Shown piece after piece: positions 31,807 to 42,500 of a DNA stretch of 64,000 nt. Under the pieces are notes generated by a model that saw only the letters and a program-made list of their open reading frames with translations, was not told where the DNA came from and searched no databases. The stretch is from assembly GCA_965203805.1 (NCBI GenBank), contig OZ241917.1:736001-800000 (forward strand), read 5' to 3'. Numbering within the stretch: the stretch's first letter is position 1; every line of letters starts with the position of its first letter. Origin of the DNA: Candidatus Latescibacterota bacterium (lineage in GTDB: Bacteria; Latescibacterota; UBA2968; GCA-2709665). Both the position numbers and the translations under genes were made by a program.

Positions 31807-33594
31807 ATGGTCAAGCGGAGTGATTACAACGGCCCCAAATACATCGTCGTCGCCGGCGGTGTGATGAGCGGCGTAGGCAAGGGACTTGCCACGGCGTCCA
31901 TCGGCAAAATCCTGCAGCAGCATGGATACAAGGCGACAGCGATAAAGATCGATCCCTATCTCAATTATGACGCAGGCACCTTGCGTCCGACCGAGCACGG
32001 CGAAGTGTGGGTAACGGACGACGGCGGCGAAATCGACCTGGACCTCGGGAACTACGAGAGATTCCTGGGGCTCGATCTTCCGAGGACGAACAACCTGACC
32101 ACGGGCCAGATCTACCATACCGTTATCGAGCGGGAACGCCGCGGAGAGTATCTGGGCAAGACCGTTCAGCCGATTCCACATATCACCGATGAGATCAAGC
32201 AGCGAATTACCGATTCGGCGAACGGGTTCGACATCGCGCTGGTAGAAATCGGCGGCACCATTGGCGACGACGAGAATCGGCCCTTTTTGTTTGCAATGAA
32301 AAGCCTGGAACGGGAGGTGGGCGAGGAAAACGTCATATACGTGCTGGTTACCTATCTTCCGGTGCCCGGTCACGTGGGCGAGATGAAAACCAAGCCCACT
32401 CAGCATGCGATCCGGTCCTTGAGCGAAAACGGCATATTCGCGGACTTCATCATCTGCCGCGCGGTTGAAGCGCTCGACGACGTGAGGAAGCGAAAAATCG
32501 AGATTTCGGCGAATATCTCGGCGGACCGGATTATCTCTGCACCCGACGTGGACAGCATCTACCAGGTTCCGCTGGAATATGAAAAGGACCGGCTGGGCGA
32601 GAAAATCCTGGATGAGTTCGGCCTGTCTCCCAGGAAGACCCCGGACTGGGAGCGATGGTGTGAGTTGCTAAAGATGATTCGCGTACCGACGGAACGGGTG
32701 CGCGTGGCGATGGTAGGCAAATATGTCGGGATAGGGGATTATGAATTTCAGGATTCCTATATCTCCGTCAACCAATCCCTCGAACACGCGGGCGCCCTGC
32801 TTGACACCAAGGTGGAAATCGACTGGATAGATTCCAACCGCCTGGAACGTCACGATGTTGGCGAGGTGCTCGCCGGATATCACGGCATTATTGTGCCCGG
32901 TGCGTTTGGAGAGGGTGGGGCCGAAGGCGCCATCAACGCCGTCCGTTACGCCAGGGAAAACCAGGTGCCCTTCCTGGGGCTTTGTTACGGCCTGCAGATG
33001 GTCGTGGTGGAATACGCGCGCCACGTGGCCGGATTGAACGACGCGAATTCCGTTGAAATGGATCCCGATTCGCCGCACGCAGTCATCGACATTCAATATG
33101 CGCAGCGGCAGATCATCGAAGAAAACCGATACGGCGGCACCATGAGGCTGGGAGGGTACGCGGCCGTATTGCGGCGGGAATCCCGGGTACTCGACCTTTA
33201 CGAGCGAACGGGAAGGCTGGAGGAGGATTCGTGGCGGATCCGGCAACTGTGCGAGCGCCCCGATCAGATGTTCCGGTGCGGCGTGATCCTCCCCAGCGAG
33301 AAAGCGGTGGTTGAGCGGCATCGGCACCGGTATGAAGTTGCGCCCAAATACGTGGACCTGCTTGAGGAATACGGGCTGTTCTTTTCGGGATTTCACCGCA
33401 GGGAGGACGGCACCAAGCTAATGGAGTTCGCGGAACTGCCCGATCATCCGTTTTTTGTATCAACCCAGGCGCATCCCGAGTTCAAGTCGCGTCTGGAACG
33501 CCCTGCGCCGCTGTTCTATGGACTGATCAACGCGTCCATCCGCTATTCCGGAACGGACCGGGAGGAGTCCGTGCAAATCGAGATCGAGACATGA
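31807..33594 (+). CDS. pyrG: CTP synthase
   Basis: GGVMSGVGKG, KIDPYLN, HGEV, DLGNYERF, KTKPTQ, LGLCYG, ERHRHRYEV, QAHPEF. Confidence 0.96.
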   Translation: MVKRSDYNGPKYIVVAGGVMSGVGKGLATASIGKILQQHGYKATAIKIDPYLNYDAGTLRPTEHGEVWVTDDGGEIDLDLGNYERFLGLDLPRTNNLTTGQIYHTVIERERRGEYLGKTVQPIPHITDEIKQRITDSANGFDIALVEIGGTIGDDENRPFLFAMKSLEREVGEENVIYVLVTYLPVPGHVGEMKTKPTQHAIRSLSENGIFADFIICRAVEALDDVRKRKIEISANISADRIISAPDVDSIYQVPLEYEKDRLGEKILDEFGLSPRKTPDWERWCELLKMIRVPTERVRVAMVGKYVGIGDYEFQDSYISVNQSLEHAGALLDTKVEIDWIDSNRLERHDVGEVLAGYHGIIVPGAFGEGGAEGAINAVRYARENQVPFLGLCYGLQMVVVEYARHVAGLNDANSVEMDPDSPHAVIDIQYAQRQIIEENRYGGTMRLGGYAAVLRRESRVLDLYERTGRLEEDSWRIRQLCERPDQMFRCGVILPSEKAVVERHRHRYEVAPKYVDLLEEYGLFFSGFHRREDGTKLMEFAELPDHPFFVSTQAHPEFKSRLERPAPLFYGLINASIRYSGTDREESVQIEIET

Positions 33595-34148
33595 AATCCG
33601 GCCGGATATCCCCGGTCCCAAACGGGATATGCCTGATTGTCGCTTTGATGGCGGGCTGTTCGCCGTCTTCCCGGCATTCATCTTCACACGAAATCTCCAA
33701 ACCGCCGGATCAGGAGGCCTGGGGATGGAACACGGTGGTCACCCGAAACGGCAGAAAGCGCGCCGAGGTGACGGCCGGTCATTTCCGGAAATACGATCGC
33801 ACTTCAATGGCCCTCCTCGACAGCGGGGTGGCGGTTTCCTTTTACGACGGGACCGGGCGGAACAGAGTGTCGGTATTGACCGCGCTGCAGGCGGAGATTC
33901 ACGAAGCGTCCGGTGAATTGGTGGCCATGGGCGAGGTCGACGTCGTCGCCAGCAATGGAACCAGGCTGGAAACCGATACGCTGCGCTGGAACCGTGAAAC
34001 GGATCGCATCAACGGACACGGGAGGATGACCCTCAGGCGTCCTGACGGAGAAGAGACCGGGATTGGATTCGAGGCGTCATCCGATCTGACATGGTGGAAA
34101 ATGCACCAGGTCTCTACGCGCCTGGGCGGGTCAGATTCCCTCCGGTAA
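33591..34148 (+). CDS. lptC: LPS export ABC transporter periplasmic protein LptC
   Basis: Lipoprotein signal (MAGC), beta-jellyroll pattern (V.F.D, LETDTLRW, G.GFE); synteny with lptB. Confidence 0.8.
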   Translation: MKSGRISPVPNGICLIVALMAGCSPSSRHSSSHEISKPPDQEAWGWNTVVTRNGRKRAEVTAGHFRKYDRTSMALLDSGVAVSFYDGTGRNRVSVLTALQAEIHEASGELVAMGEVDVVASNGTRLETDTLRWNRETDRINGHGRMTLRRPDGEETGIGFEASSDLTWWKMHQVSTRLGGSDSLR

Positions 34149-34190
34149 CTGCTCGTCCGTCCGCTCATCGTCCCCTTCCCCTCCTTCTCT

Positions 34191-35516
34191 ATGCGCTTCT
34201 CCGTTTATTTTTTTTTTCATTTCCTCGCCACGGCCTTCCCTGCACACGCGACAGAGCTGATTCGTGCCGATCGCAGTGAAACCATACTGCGTGATTCCGG
34301 TGTTTTGCGGATTGAAGCGGGCAACGTGTCGTATCGGCAAACGGAACGGCTGCTCAGCGTCAATGCAGATTCCGCACGTCTGTGGATTCCTGACAAGGGG
34401 TTGTCGGAAGCGAAATTTTTCGGTCGGGTCGTTTACCGGGATTCAGTGAGACAACTGGACGCCGCCAACCTGACGTACCTTCCCCGCACGGACGTGGCAA
34501 CCTTTTCGGGTAAGGTGAGGGTCACCGAAAACAACCGCCTCCTGACGGCACGGCGGGTGGCATACCACAAGAGTGAGCATCGGATGGATGCCGAGGGCGG
34601 GGTGACGTTGAATTACGGCCGGCAGGGGATTCTTCTGCGCGCACCGGAAATGACGTATCACGTGTTGGCGGATTCGGGCTCCGGCATAGGCGGCGTTCAA
34701 GCCGTATGTACACCGGATACATCGGGCGATTCCCTGACCGTTCGGGCGGATTCGATGGTTTTCGCCAACCAGGGTGACCGCATCGAGTTTCGGGGCCGGG
34801 TTGGAGTGGAACACGCCGGAATGGTGGCGTTTGCGCCGCGCGGCCGCTATTTCAGAGCGTCGGACCGGCTGGAACTGGACGGAGGGACATCCGCTGTCTG
34901 GATTCAGCATAGTGAAGCTCGGGCCGATTCCGCGACATTGAACGGCGAGCGGATGCACGTTCACGGCGCCGGCGGGAATACGCTGGATGAAATAGTACTG
35001 GTTGGCGACTCGCGGCTGCGGATGGAATCCGCACAGCCGGAGCGTGACGGAACGCAAACGGTTAACGGAGACTCGGTTGTGCTGGGCATGGATGGGGGAA
35101 GGATCGCCGTCATCGATGCATCAGGCGAGGCGTCGGCGATGGTGACGGCGCGAAATGGCGCCACCGTGGACCTTAAGGGTCAACAGATTTCCATGGACTT
35201 TCTGAATGGGGTTCTCGACAGCCTGACGGTTCAGGGGATCGGCAACGGGATCTACGTCTCATCTGACAGCACGACCGTAAGTCGGATTTCCGGCGGCACG
35301 ATCGCTTTCGGATTCGACCAGGGCGCCGTACGAAAAGTCGCGATCATTGAATCCGCCCGATGTACGCACCGTTCGGAAACCGATAAAACCGGAGACATCC
35401 AGCTCTCGGGAGATCGGGTGAACCTGGTCTTCGACGGCGACAGGCTAACCGATGTTCGAGCCGAAGGCGGGGTTCGAGGCCGATACAGGCCGGTTGAAGC
35501 CGGAGAGGCGCCGTGA
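34191..35516 (+). CDS. Extended LptA/OstA-like beta-jellyroll protein
   Basis: Signal peptide, repeated F.G.V / L.A motifs, position between lptC and lptB. Confidence 0.7.
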   Translation: MRFSVYFFFHFLATAFPAHATELIRADRSETILRDSGVLRIEAGNVSYRQTERLLSVNADSARLWIPDKGLSEAKFFGRVVYRDSVRQLDAANLTYLPRTDVATFSGKVRVTENNRLLTARRVAYHKSEHRMDAEGGVTLNYGRQGILLRAPEMTYHVLADSGSGIGGVQAVCTPDTSGDSLTVRADSMVFANQGDRIEFRGRVGVEHAGMVAFAPRGRYFRASDRLELDGGTSAVWIQHSEARADSATLNGERMHVHGAGGNTLDEIVLVGDSRLRMESAQPERDGTQTVNGDSVVLGMDGGRIAVIDASGEASAMVTARNGATVDLKGQQISMDFLNGVLDSLTVQGIGNGIYVSSDSTTVSRISGGTIAFGFDQGAVRKVAIIESARCTHRSETDKTGDIQLSGDRVNLVFDGDRLTDVRAEGGVRGRYRPVEAGEAP

Positions 35517-36235
35517 TCCTTAGCGCTCGAAACCTTGTGAAGTCATACCAGCGCCATCGGGTTGTCGATGGCGTCGGCGTCGAGGTGAATCCCGGAGAGG
35601 TCGTGGGTCTTCTGGGCCCGAACGGGGCCGGGAAAACCACCACTTTTCACCTGATTGTGGGTCTGGTACCGTGCAACCAGGGGGAGATCTTCCTCGGCAA
35701 CGAGGAAATAACCGGCCTGCCGATGTACATACGGGCGCGAAAGGGCATCGGTTATCTCGCCCAGGAACCCTCTGTCTTCCGAAAACTCTCCGTGAGGCAG
35801 AACATCCTCGCGGTGCTGGAAACACTTCACCTGACGCACGCAGAACGGGAATGCCGCCTCGAAGAACTCCTTCACGAACTGGGACTCTCCAGTCTCGCGG
35901 ATCGCAGGGCGGACCGGCTCTCGGGCGGCGAAGCCCGCAGACTGGAGATTACCCGCGCTCTCGCCCGGCGTCCCAGATTCCTGCTGCTGGATGAACCGTT
36001 CGCCGGTATCGATCCGAAGGCGGTCGAAGATATCCACGCAATCATCCAGACGCTGAAAAGCCGGCGCATCGGACTTCTGATCACCGATCACAATGTGCGC
36101 GAAACCCTTGCAATCACCGACAGGTCCTATATACTCTCCAGCGGCAGGATTCTTACCTCCGGCAGCCCGGTCGCATTGGCGGAGAACCCGGAGGTACGGC
36201 GCGTATACCTCGGGGACAGGTTTCGATTGGACTGA
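35513..36235 (+). CDS. lptB: LPS export ABC transporter ATPase LptB
   Basis: [56 protein letters not shown]. Confidence 0.96.
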   Translation: MILSARNLVKSYQRHRVVDGVGVEVNPGEVVGLLGPNGAGKTTTFHLIVGLVPCNQGEIFLGNEEITGLPMYIRARKGIGYLAQEPSVFRKLSVRQNILAVLETLHLTHAERECRLEELLHELGLSSLADRRADRLSGGEARRLEITRALARRPRFLLLDEPFAGIDPKAVEDIHAIIQTLKSRRIGLLITDHNVRETLAITDRSYILSSGRILTSGSPVALAENPEVRRVYLGDRFRLD

Positions 36236-36341
36236 CCGAAAAATGGGATTGTCAGGAGATCAGATTTTCCTTATTATTTGGTCACGCAACCAACGGGCGT
36301 CGGATTGAATATCGAACAGGCAAACCGGCACGGCCAGGCGA

Positions 36342-36360
36342 GTGTTGCAATTTGCAACAC
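36342..36360. promoter_or_regulatory. Perfect palindrome upstream of rpoN (candidate operator)
   Basis: GTGTTGCAA-T-TTGCAACAC, 51 nt before the rpoN start. Confidence 0.5.
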
Positions 36361-36411
36361 TTTGATAATACAGATCTTAAACGACTTTTCATCAGGGATC
36401 CTGAGATACCT

Positions 36412-37881
36412 ATGATTCAACTGACCCAGACCGTTTCTCTCCAACAGAAGCTGGCGCCCCAACTCATTCAATCCTTGCGGCTTCTGCAGATGCCCTCGCT
36501 GGAATTGGAACAATTGATTCAGCAGGAACTGCAGACGAATCCGCTTCTGGAAATCTCCGAAGAGACCGGTCGCGACGACGAGGAATGGGACCTGGAGTCG
36601 GGTCGTTCGGATGCGGAAGACATCGACACCGGCAGAAAGGACCCGGACGACGGAGACCCCCCGGAGCTGGAATTCGGCGACGCGGCAATGGCCGACGGCC
36701 GGTTCGATGAAAACCAGTGGAACGAACTCCTGAACGACGCCGGATATACCGCGCCCCGACAGGAGTTCGACCCCAATACCGAAGATTGGGAGTACGACGG
36801 CGCGGGGCAGCAGTCATTGGAAGCGGAACTGCGAGCCCAGCTCTCCCTTACCGACCTGGACGATGAAGAACGACAGATCGGCGAGTACATCATCGGCAAT
36901 ATCGACGAAGATGGATTTCTGCAGGCACAAGTCGGGGACGTTGCCAACGTGCTCGGCGAAGAGCCGGGGACCGTGGTACGGATTCTGGATGTAATACAGA
37001 GCTTCGATCCACCTGGGGTTGGTGCACGGAATCTCCAGGAATGCCTGGCGATCCAGCTCCGCGAGCAGGGACTGGAGGATTCGCTCGCGATGCGGATCGT
37101 GTGCGACCTCTGGGACGACCTGGTCAACCGCCGATACATGAAGATAGGCAGGTCACTTGGGGCGGACCGGGCGGCAATTGCCCACGCCGAAGGCGTGATC
37201 TCCGGCCTGAATCCCAAGCCGATGATCTACAGGGAAGGCCGTATCAATCACAATCTGGTTGTACCCGACCTCGAGGTTCAGAAGGTCGGCGACGAGTATG
37301 TGGTGTCTCTGATCGACCGCTCTCTGCCCACCCTGCGGGTCAGCCCGGTATACAGGACACTGTTGAGCAAGTCGGGCAAACCGGGGAGCCAGGCCAGGAA
37401 ATTCGTGGTGGATCGCCTGAATTCGGCCCGCTGGTTCATCAGCGCCATCAACCAGCGCCGTACCACCATGCTCAAGGTGATGCGGTGCATTGTCGACAAC
37501 CAACGCGCATTCTTCGACAAGGGCGTCGGATTCCTTAAGCCCATGGTCCTGCAGGAGGTTGCCGACCGGGTCGACATGCACGTTTCGACGATCAGCCGCG
37601 TCAGCAACGGGAAATACGTACAGACGCCACACGGTGTATTCGAATTGAAGTACTTTTTCGACGGCGGGTTGTCGCGCAACAACGGCGAAGACATTGCCGC
37701 GCGCAGCGTAAAACAGAAGATTGCCAGGTTTATTGCTGAGGAGAACACCAGCAGGCCCTTGAGCGATCAGAAAATCGCCAACCTGCTCAAGGACGACGGT
37801 ATCGCTATTGCCCGCCGCACTGTTGCCAAGTACAGAGATCAGCTGAAGATCAATCCGGCCAGGTACAGAAAGTCTATCTGA
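36412..37881 (+). CDS. rpoN: RNA polymerase sigma-54 factor
   Basis: Q/L-rich region I, DPPGVGARNLQECL, HVSTISR, RpoN box ARRTVAKYR. Confidence 0.97.
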   Translation: MIQLTQTVSLQQKLAPQLIQSLRLLQMPSLELEQLIQQELQTNPLLEISEETGRDDEEWDLESGRSDAEDIDTGRKDPDDGDPPELEFGDAAMADGRFDENQWNELLNDAGYTAPRQEFDPNTEDWEYDGAGQQSLEAELRAQLSLTDLDDEERQIGEYIIGNIDEDGFLQAQVGDVANVLGEEPGTVVRILDVIQSFDPPGVGARNLQECLAIQLREQGLEDSLAMRIVCDLWDDLVNRRYMKIGRSLGADRAAIAHAEGVISGLNPKPMIYREGRINHNLVVPDLEVQKVGDEYVVSLIDRSLPTLRVSPVYRTLLSKSGKPGSQARKFVVDRLNSARWFISAINQRRTTMLKVMRCIVDNQRAFFDKGVGFLKPMVLQEVADRVDMHVSTISRVSNGKYVQTPHGVFELKYFFDGGLSRNNGEDIAARSVKQKIARFIAEENTSRPLSDQKIANLLKDDGIAIARRTVAKYRDQLKINPARYRKSI

Positions 37882-37912
37882 AAACGGGAAGGCAGCCAGC
37901 ACCGGAATAAGA

Positions 37913-37970
37913 AAACCGGCGGTTCCTGGAGCGCATGCGGATAGTCGCTCCGGTCCCGCCGGTTTTTTTT
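37913..37970 (+). terminator. Rho-independent terminator after rpoN (possibly bidirectional)
   Basis: AAAACCGGCGG...CCGCCGGTTTTTTTT between convergent genes. Confidence 0.75.
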
Positions 37971-38009
37971 CTGTGTACGGCTTGTCAACGCCGCCCGGAG
38001 TTACGGCAT

Positions 38010-38795
38010 TTAACCGCCGGATTGAACGGCGCTGATTTCGTCCTTTGAAATCTTGTGGACGCTCTTGGGATTGAAGGTCTGCCGTGTTCCCGTCCGAAGC
38101 GCAACTTCGATTCTTCCTCCTGTCAAAACGAAAAACTGGAGCAGGAACCCACCGCCCTGCATCGACTCGACCTGGCATTCGTCAGAGTCCATGCTGCGAA
38201 CCCATTCAGGAAGCCGCGCCGCGAATCGGGCATCGGCGCAAACGGTTTCCGGCAGTGCCATGACCAGCGCACCGGGTGACTGGCCGAGGGCCTCACCGAT
38301 GGTCCTTCGGATCCGTGCCAGATAGGGAATCACCTTCCCCGCATAATCGAAATCGTCTTCCGCGCCGCGCCCGGGCGGAACGATGCCCCACGTCATATGG
38401 TGGATGAAAGGATTGCCGTGACCCTGGGCGAGCATGTGGTCACGGGCCGCCTCATCCACGGGATGAACGACCGCGACGTAGTCAAACCAGCCCATTCCAC
38501 GGGCGGGGCTGTCCTCGGGGAGTCCCGACGGCACGTTTATGTAGTCGTGCCCGTCCACCGGCGACGGATAGCAACGGGTGTCCCAGCCGGAAACATAACC
38601 GATACGCTTCAAACGGCCGGCAACGAGGTGCGGGGGATCGACGAATATGGCCGCGTGGTCAGGATTCGGCAACAACGGGACGCCGGCGGCTGAGATTTTT
38701 CGAGCGACATCGAGGGCCTCACACAGCCGCTCCGGCGCATTGGAGATACCGAGTTGCTCGTTGAAATCGTCAGGCAGGATCACGTCACCGGGCAT
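38010..38795 (-). CDS. Hypothetical protein with HPPD/VOC-like metal-binding motifs
   Basis: AAGGAG RBS before ATG 38795; DHAAI, IHHMTW, LLQFF, IEVALR. Confidence 0.7.
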   Translation of the reverse strand: MPGDVILPDDFNEQLGISNAPERLCEALDVARKISAAGVPLLPNPDHAAIFVDPPHLVAGRLKRIGYVSGWDTRCYPSPVDGHDYINVPSGLPEDSPARGMGWFDYVAVVHPVDEAARDHMLAQGHGNPFIHHMTWGIVPPGRGAEDDFDYAGKVIPYLARIRRTIGEALGQSPGALVMALPETVCADARFAARLPEWVRSMDSDECQVESMQGGGFLLQFFVLTGGRIEVALRTGTRQTFNPKSVHKISKDEISAVQSGG

Positions 38796-38807
38796 CTTTC
38801 TCTCCTT

Positions 38808-38866
38808 TAGTGTTCTGTCCCGAAAATAAGTTGCCTGAATTCGGCCGTCGAGTCGCCCGGCCCGCA
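38808..38866 (-). mobile_element. Partial copy of IS630-related MITE
   Basis: TAGTGTTCTGTCCCGAAAATAAGTTGCCTGAATTCGGCCG..GAGTCGCCCGGC.CGCA closely matches the reverse complement of the right part of 60563-60730. Confidence 0.8.
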
Positions 38867-38995
38867 TCCTTCGACAGGCTCCGGACCCAGCGTCTGCCTG
38901 CCGCCTGCCTGCGCCGCTACGCTTCCCGCGGCAGGCAGGTGCTTCGCTTGGCCTGTCTGCCGTTCCAACGGGACAGGCAGGCGCAGGCAGGCAAC
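38867..38995. repeat. Nested REP-like palindromic repeats (CTGCCTGC/GCAGGCAG)
   Basis: GCCTGCCTGCGCC..GGCGCAGGCAGGC and CTGCCTGCCGC..GCGGCAGGCAG inverted pairs, plus CCTTCGACAGGCTC. Confidence 0.6.
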
Positions 38996-39304
38996 GCCGT
39001 ATTTCGGTCACGAGGGCCGGACGCAGCCCGGATGCATTCTTTCGACGGGCCGTTTGCGAAGGGACGGCCGCGATCATCCAGGAGTTGCCGATCAAGGAAA
39101 ACAGACGACGGGCTTTGACAGGAAACACGGGCGCCACCGGCGTGTAAAATTGCCTGATGCCGGCGCGGTGTCAAGCGGATTCCGGTTTGGGGAGGCGAAA
39201 GGGCATCGATCTGACGGCAGTCATTCGCGCATCGGACGCATCTGCGCGAAGATCCGTTGAACCAATAATTGGTACACGGGGCGGCAGCCTCGCGGAAACA
39301 CCTC

Positions 39305-39333
39305 CACGACCGTGAAACCGGTCGTGTTTTTTT
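39305..39333 (+). terminator. Rho-independent terminator with no upstream plus-strand CDS
   Basis: CACGACCG-TGAAAC-CGGTCGTG followed by T7. Confidence 0.7.
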
Positions 39334-39461
39334 GGTTCGCAGGCAAGTTTTCAAATTCGGGATCCATTCTGAAAACTCTATTCAAACCAAAACGGAATGC
39401 GTCCGCGGTTCTCCGATTGCAACCCTTTGATAAATTTTCATTTACGTTCGGTCATTAAAAC

Positions 39462-39477
39462 TGGCACAGTGATTGCA
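39462..39477 (+). promoter_or_regulatory. Sigma-54 (-24/-12) promoter
   Basis: TGGCAC-AGTGA-TTGCA exact consensus, 42 nt before the GTG start, preceded by an AT-rich tract. Confidence 0.8.
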
Positions 39478-39519
39478 ACCCACTGATTTGCGTGTCGGTA
39501 CGTACGGAAGGAGAATCGC

Positions 39520-42500
39520 GTGAAACAGGTCTTTTTTCTCATTGTCGTGTTTCAGTTCCTGGGACAGAGCGCGTTGCGGGCCGGGATAATCGCGACGCCG
39601 GATACGCTTCGCTTCGGCCCAACGCGCACGGGGACTTCCGTCATGGACAGTGTCGTTGTGGTGAACAGAGGGCAGGCCGACCTGGCATTTTCCTCCGTGG
39701 ACATTGACGGGACTGCCTTCCACTTGCCGGACGGTCTCCATTACGACGAAGGCGTAACGCTGCCGCCCGAACAAGGCATTGGCGTGAAGGTCCGGTTTGC
39801 ACCAGAGGACCAGGCTGACTATTCCTCAACTCTGACCATCGGGATCGGCAGCGGCGTCCTGAGTATAACCCTGGAGGGCGAAGGCGTTCGCGAAGTCGTT
39901 GTTATTCAGGAGGTTCTTGCCGACCCCCCGGCAGACGCGGACGGTGACGCCAACAGGGACGGGACTCGCCACTCCGCTCAGGACGAATTCGTGGAACTGC
40001 TCAACATCGGATTCAGGACGGTCGAGTTGAGTGGATGGCAACTGACCGACGCGGGGACTGCGCCGGCGTCGAGGTTTACGTTTCCGGATAACACCGAGTT
40101 GGGACCCGGCGAGCGTGTGGTGTTGTTCGGGGGTGGCTCACCCACGGGTTTTTCGGGATCCGTGTTCGCGGATGACGGATCGATTGGCGGCGGTCTGAGA
40201 AACGGGGGCGACTCGGTTTTCCTGATCGATCCAACGGCGCCGGATACCATTGCGTCCGCGGCCTATGGTTCCGAAGGAAACAAGAATCAATCGCTGGTGC
40301 GCCAACCGGAAGGAAGGGGTCCATTTGTTCTCCATAGTGCATTTCCCGGTGACGGCGCATTGTTCTCGCCGGGCCGGGCGCGATCGGTCACTGAGCCGGC
40401 GGAAGTCGCACCCGGCGATACCTCCGCGGCCCCCATCGGCAAAGACACCGGGCAAGCGCCTGTTCCATCCGGAAGCGCGGGGGCGCGCGTTGTGATTGAT
40501 GAAATCCTGGCGGACCCGGCTGCCGGTCCGCCGGGCGACGCCAACCGGGACGGTGTCAGAGACGGCAAGGCGGACGAGTTTGTGGAAATCTGGAATGTTG
40601 ACTCGAAGCCGGTGACAATAGGCGGCTGGTGGCTAAGCGACGACGACGTGGGGACCAACGGGCGGTTTTATTTTCCCGAAGGCCTGGTACTTGAACCTGG
40701 AATGCGCGCGGTATTGTTTGGCGGCGGAAATCCGCGAGATCTGCCCGGTCCCGTATTTGTGGACGACGGCAGCATTGGAAACGGGTTAACCAATAAAGGA
40801 GATCTGGTGCTGTTGGTCGATCCGGTCTCCGATGATACGGTGGCAGTTGCCCGGTTCCAGGTAGCAGGAGACCTGAACCGATCCGTAGTAAGATTCGCGG
40901 AGGGGGTTTACGTTCCACATCCCGACCTGCCGGGTGGCGGGGGCATTTCGCCCGGTCTGCCGCACCCGAGACCCGCGCCTCCGGGTGGATCCGAACGATC
41001 TCTCCGACCCGAGTTTCTGGATGCACCGCCATCCTGGTGTCGGGTTGGCGCCCTCTGTCGGTTCGCGCCCAGAATCCGCAATCTGAACGGCGGATTTGTG
41101 CATCTGGAAACCCGCGCGCAGGGCGTTGTGTGGGATCGATTCACGGGTGAGATACGATGGCGGCCGGATAAGGAAGGGCGTTTTCGTTTCTGGCAGACCG
41201 CGGTCAGTGGCTCGGGGGCGAAGACCGTCAGGCAGTTTGACGTGCGGGTCGAACCCCGGCCGCAGATTGCAATTGTCGAAATTCTGGCCGACCCTCCGCC
41301 GGGTCCGGCCGGAGACGTGAATCGGGACGGGACCCGGGACAGCCAGGCGGATGAATTCGTGGAGATCCAGAATAGAGGGCCGGCTCCGGTCTGGATTACA
41401 GACTGGCGGCTGAGCGACGACGATGTCTCGTCACGCCGGCAATTCAGGTTTCCAGAATTCTCGAGACTTCATCCTGGCGAACGCGCCGTCCTGTTCGGGG
41501 GAGGTCGACCTGAAGGATTCGAGGGCCAGGTTTTCGTGGACGACGGCAGTATCGGCAACGGATTGACCAACACGGCGGACGTGATCCTGCTGATAGATCC
41601 CGTGTTGAACGATACACTCGCCAGGGCAACCTATAACACTGAAGATGATATTGACCAGTCTCTGGTGTGGGACGGGGACGGCTGGGTCCCCCACCGGACA
41701 CCTCCGGGAAAAGGGGCTTATTCACCGGGATTGCCGTCTGAATCGGGGATGGTGTTCGCGGAAAACGACGAAAACCGGCAAACCGGCGGAACAGACAGCG
41801 ACGGTGCAGGGCCGAATGCCGGAGACGCAGGACCTGACGATCCGTCGGGGCCGGCAGCGGTTATCATCAGCGAAATACTCGCGAACCCCGCCTCCGGTAC
41901 CGGCGGCGACGCCAACGCCGATGGAGAACGTCACGGATATCGGGATGAATTCGTCGAACTGTGGAACCCGGGGCCCGACACAGCCCGCCTCGAAGGATGC
42001 AGGCTTGGGGACGACGATACCCCGTGGAACCGTATGTTTGGATTTCCCGCTGGTACGATGCTTCCGCCGGAAGGGTTCCTGGTTCTCTTTGGCGGTGGAA
42101 CGCTCAAGAATTTCACGGGGGCCGCATTTGCGGATGACGGTCGGATCGGCGACGGCCTCTCGAATTCGGGCGATACCGTCTTCTTTCTGTCACCCGACGG
42201 CGAGGACACGCTGGACGCGGTCAGCTTTGGGAGCGCTCCCTCCGGAACCTCGCTGGTGCGCCACGAGGATGCCACGCTCCATCGTCACGATCTTCTGCCG
42301 TACACCGGATTGATCTCGCCGGGCCGAGCTGCCCCGTTGCTGGTCGCCATTCGCGTCGTGCCTGACACGATTGGCATGGAACCCGGGTCCGTCCGCACCG
42401 TCGCCGCGAACGGATTATTCGATTCAGAAGACCTGGTGGATGTAACGGACGAACTGACCTGGATCGTGGAGGACTCCACCGTAGCCCGACTTGAATCCGG

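Noticed and set aside
38796-39137. N-terminal 113 aa of the 375-aa ORF 38010..39137
   Set aside because: It runs through MITE and palindromic repeat DNA; a good RBS and ATG lie at 38795.
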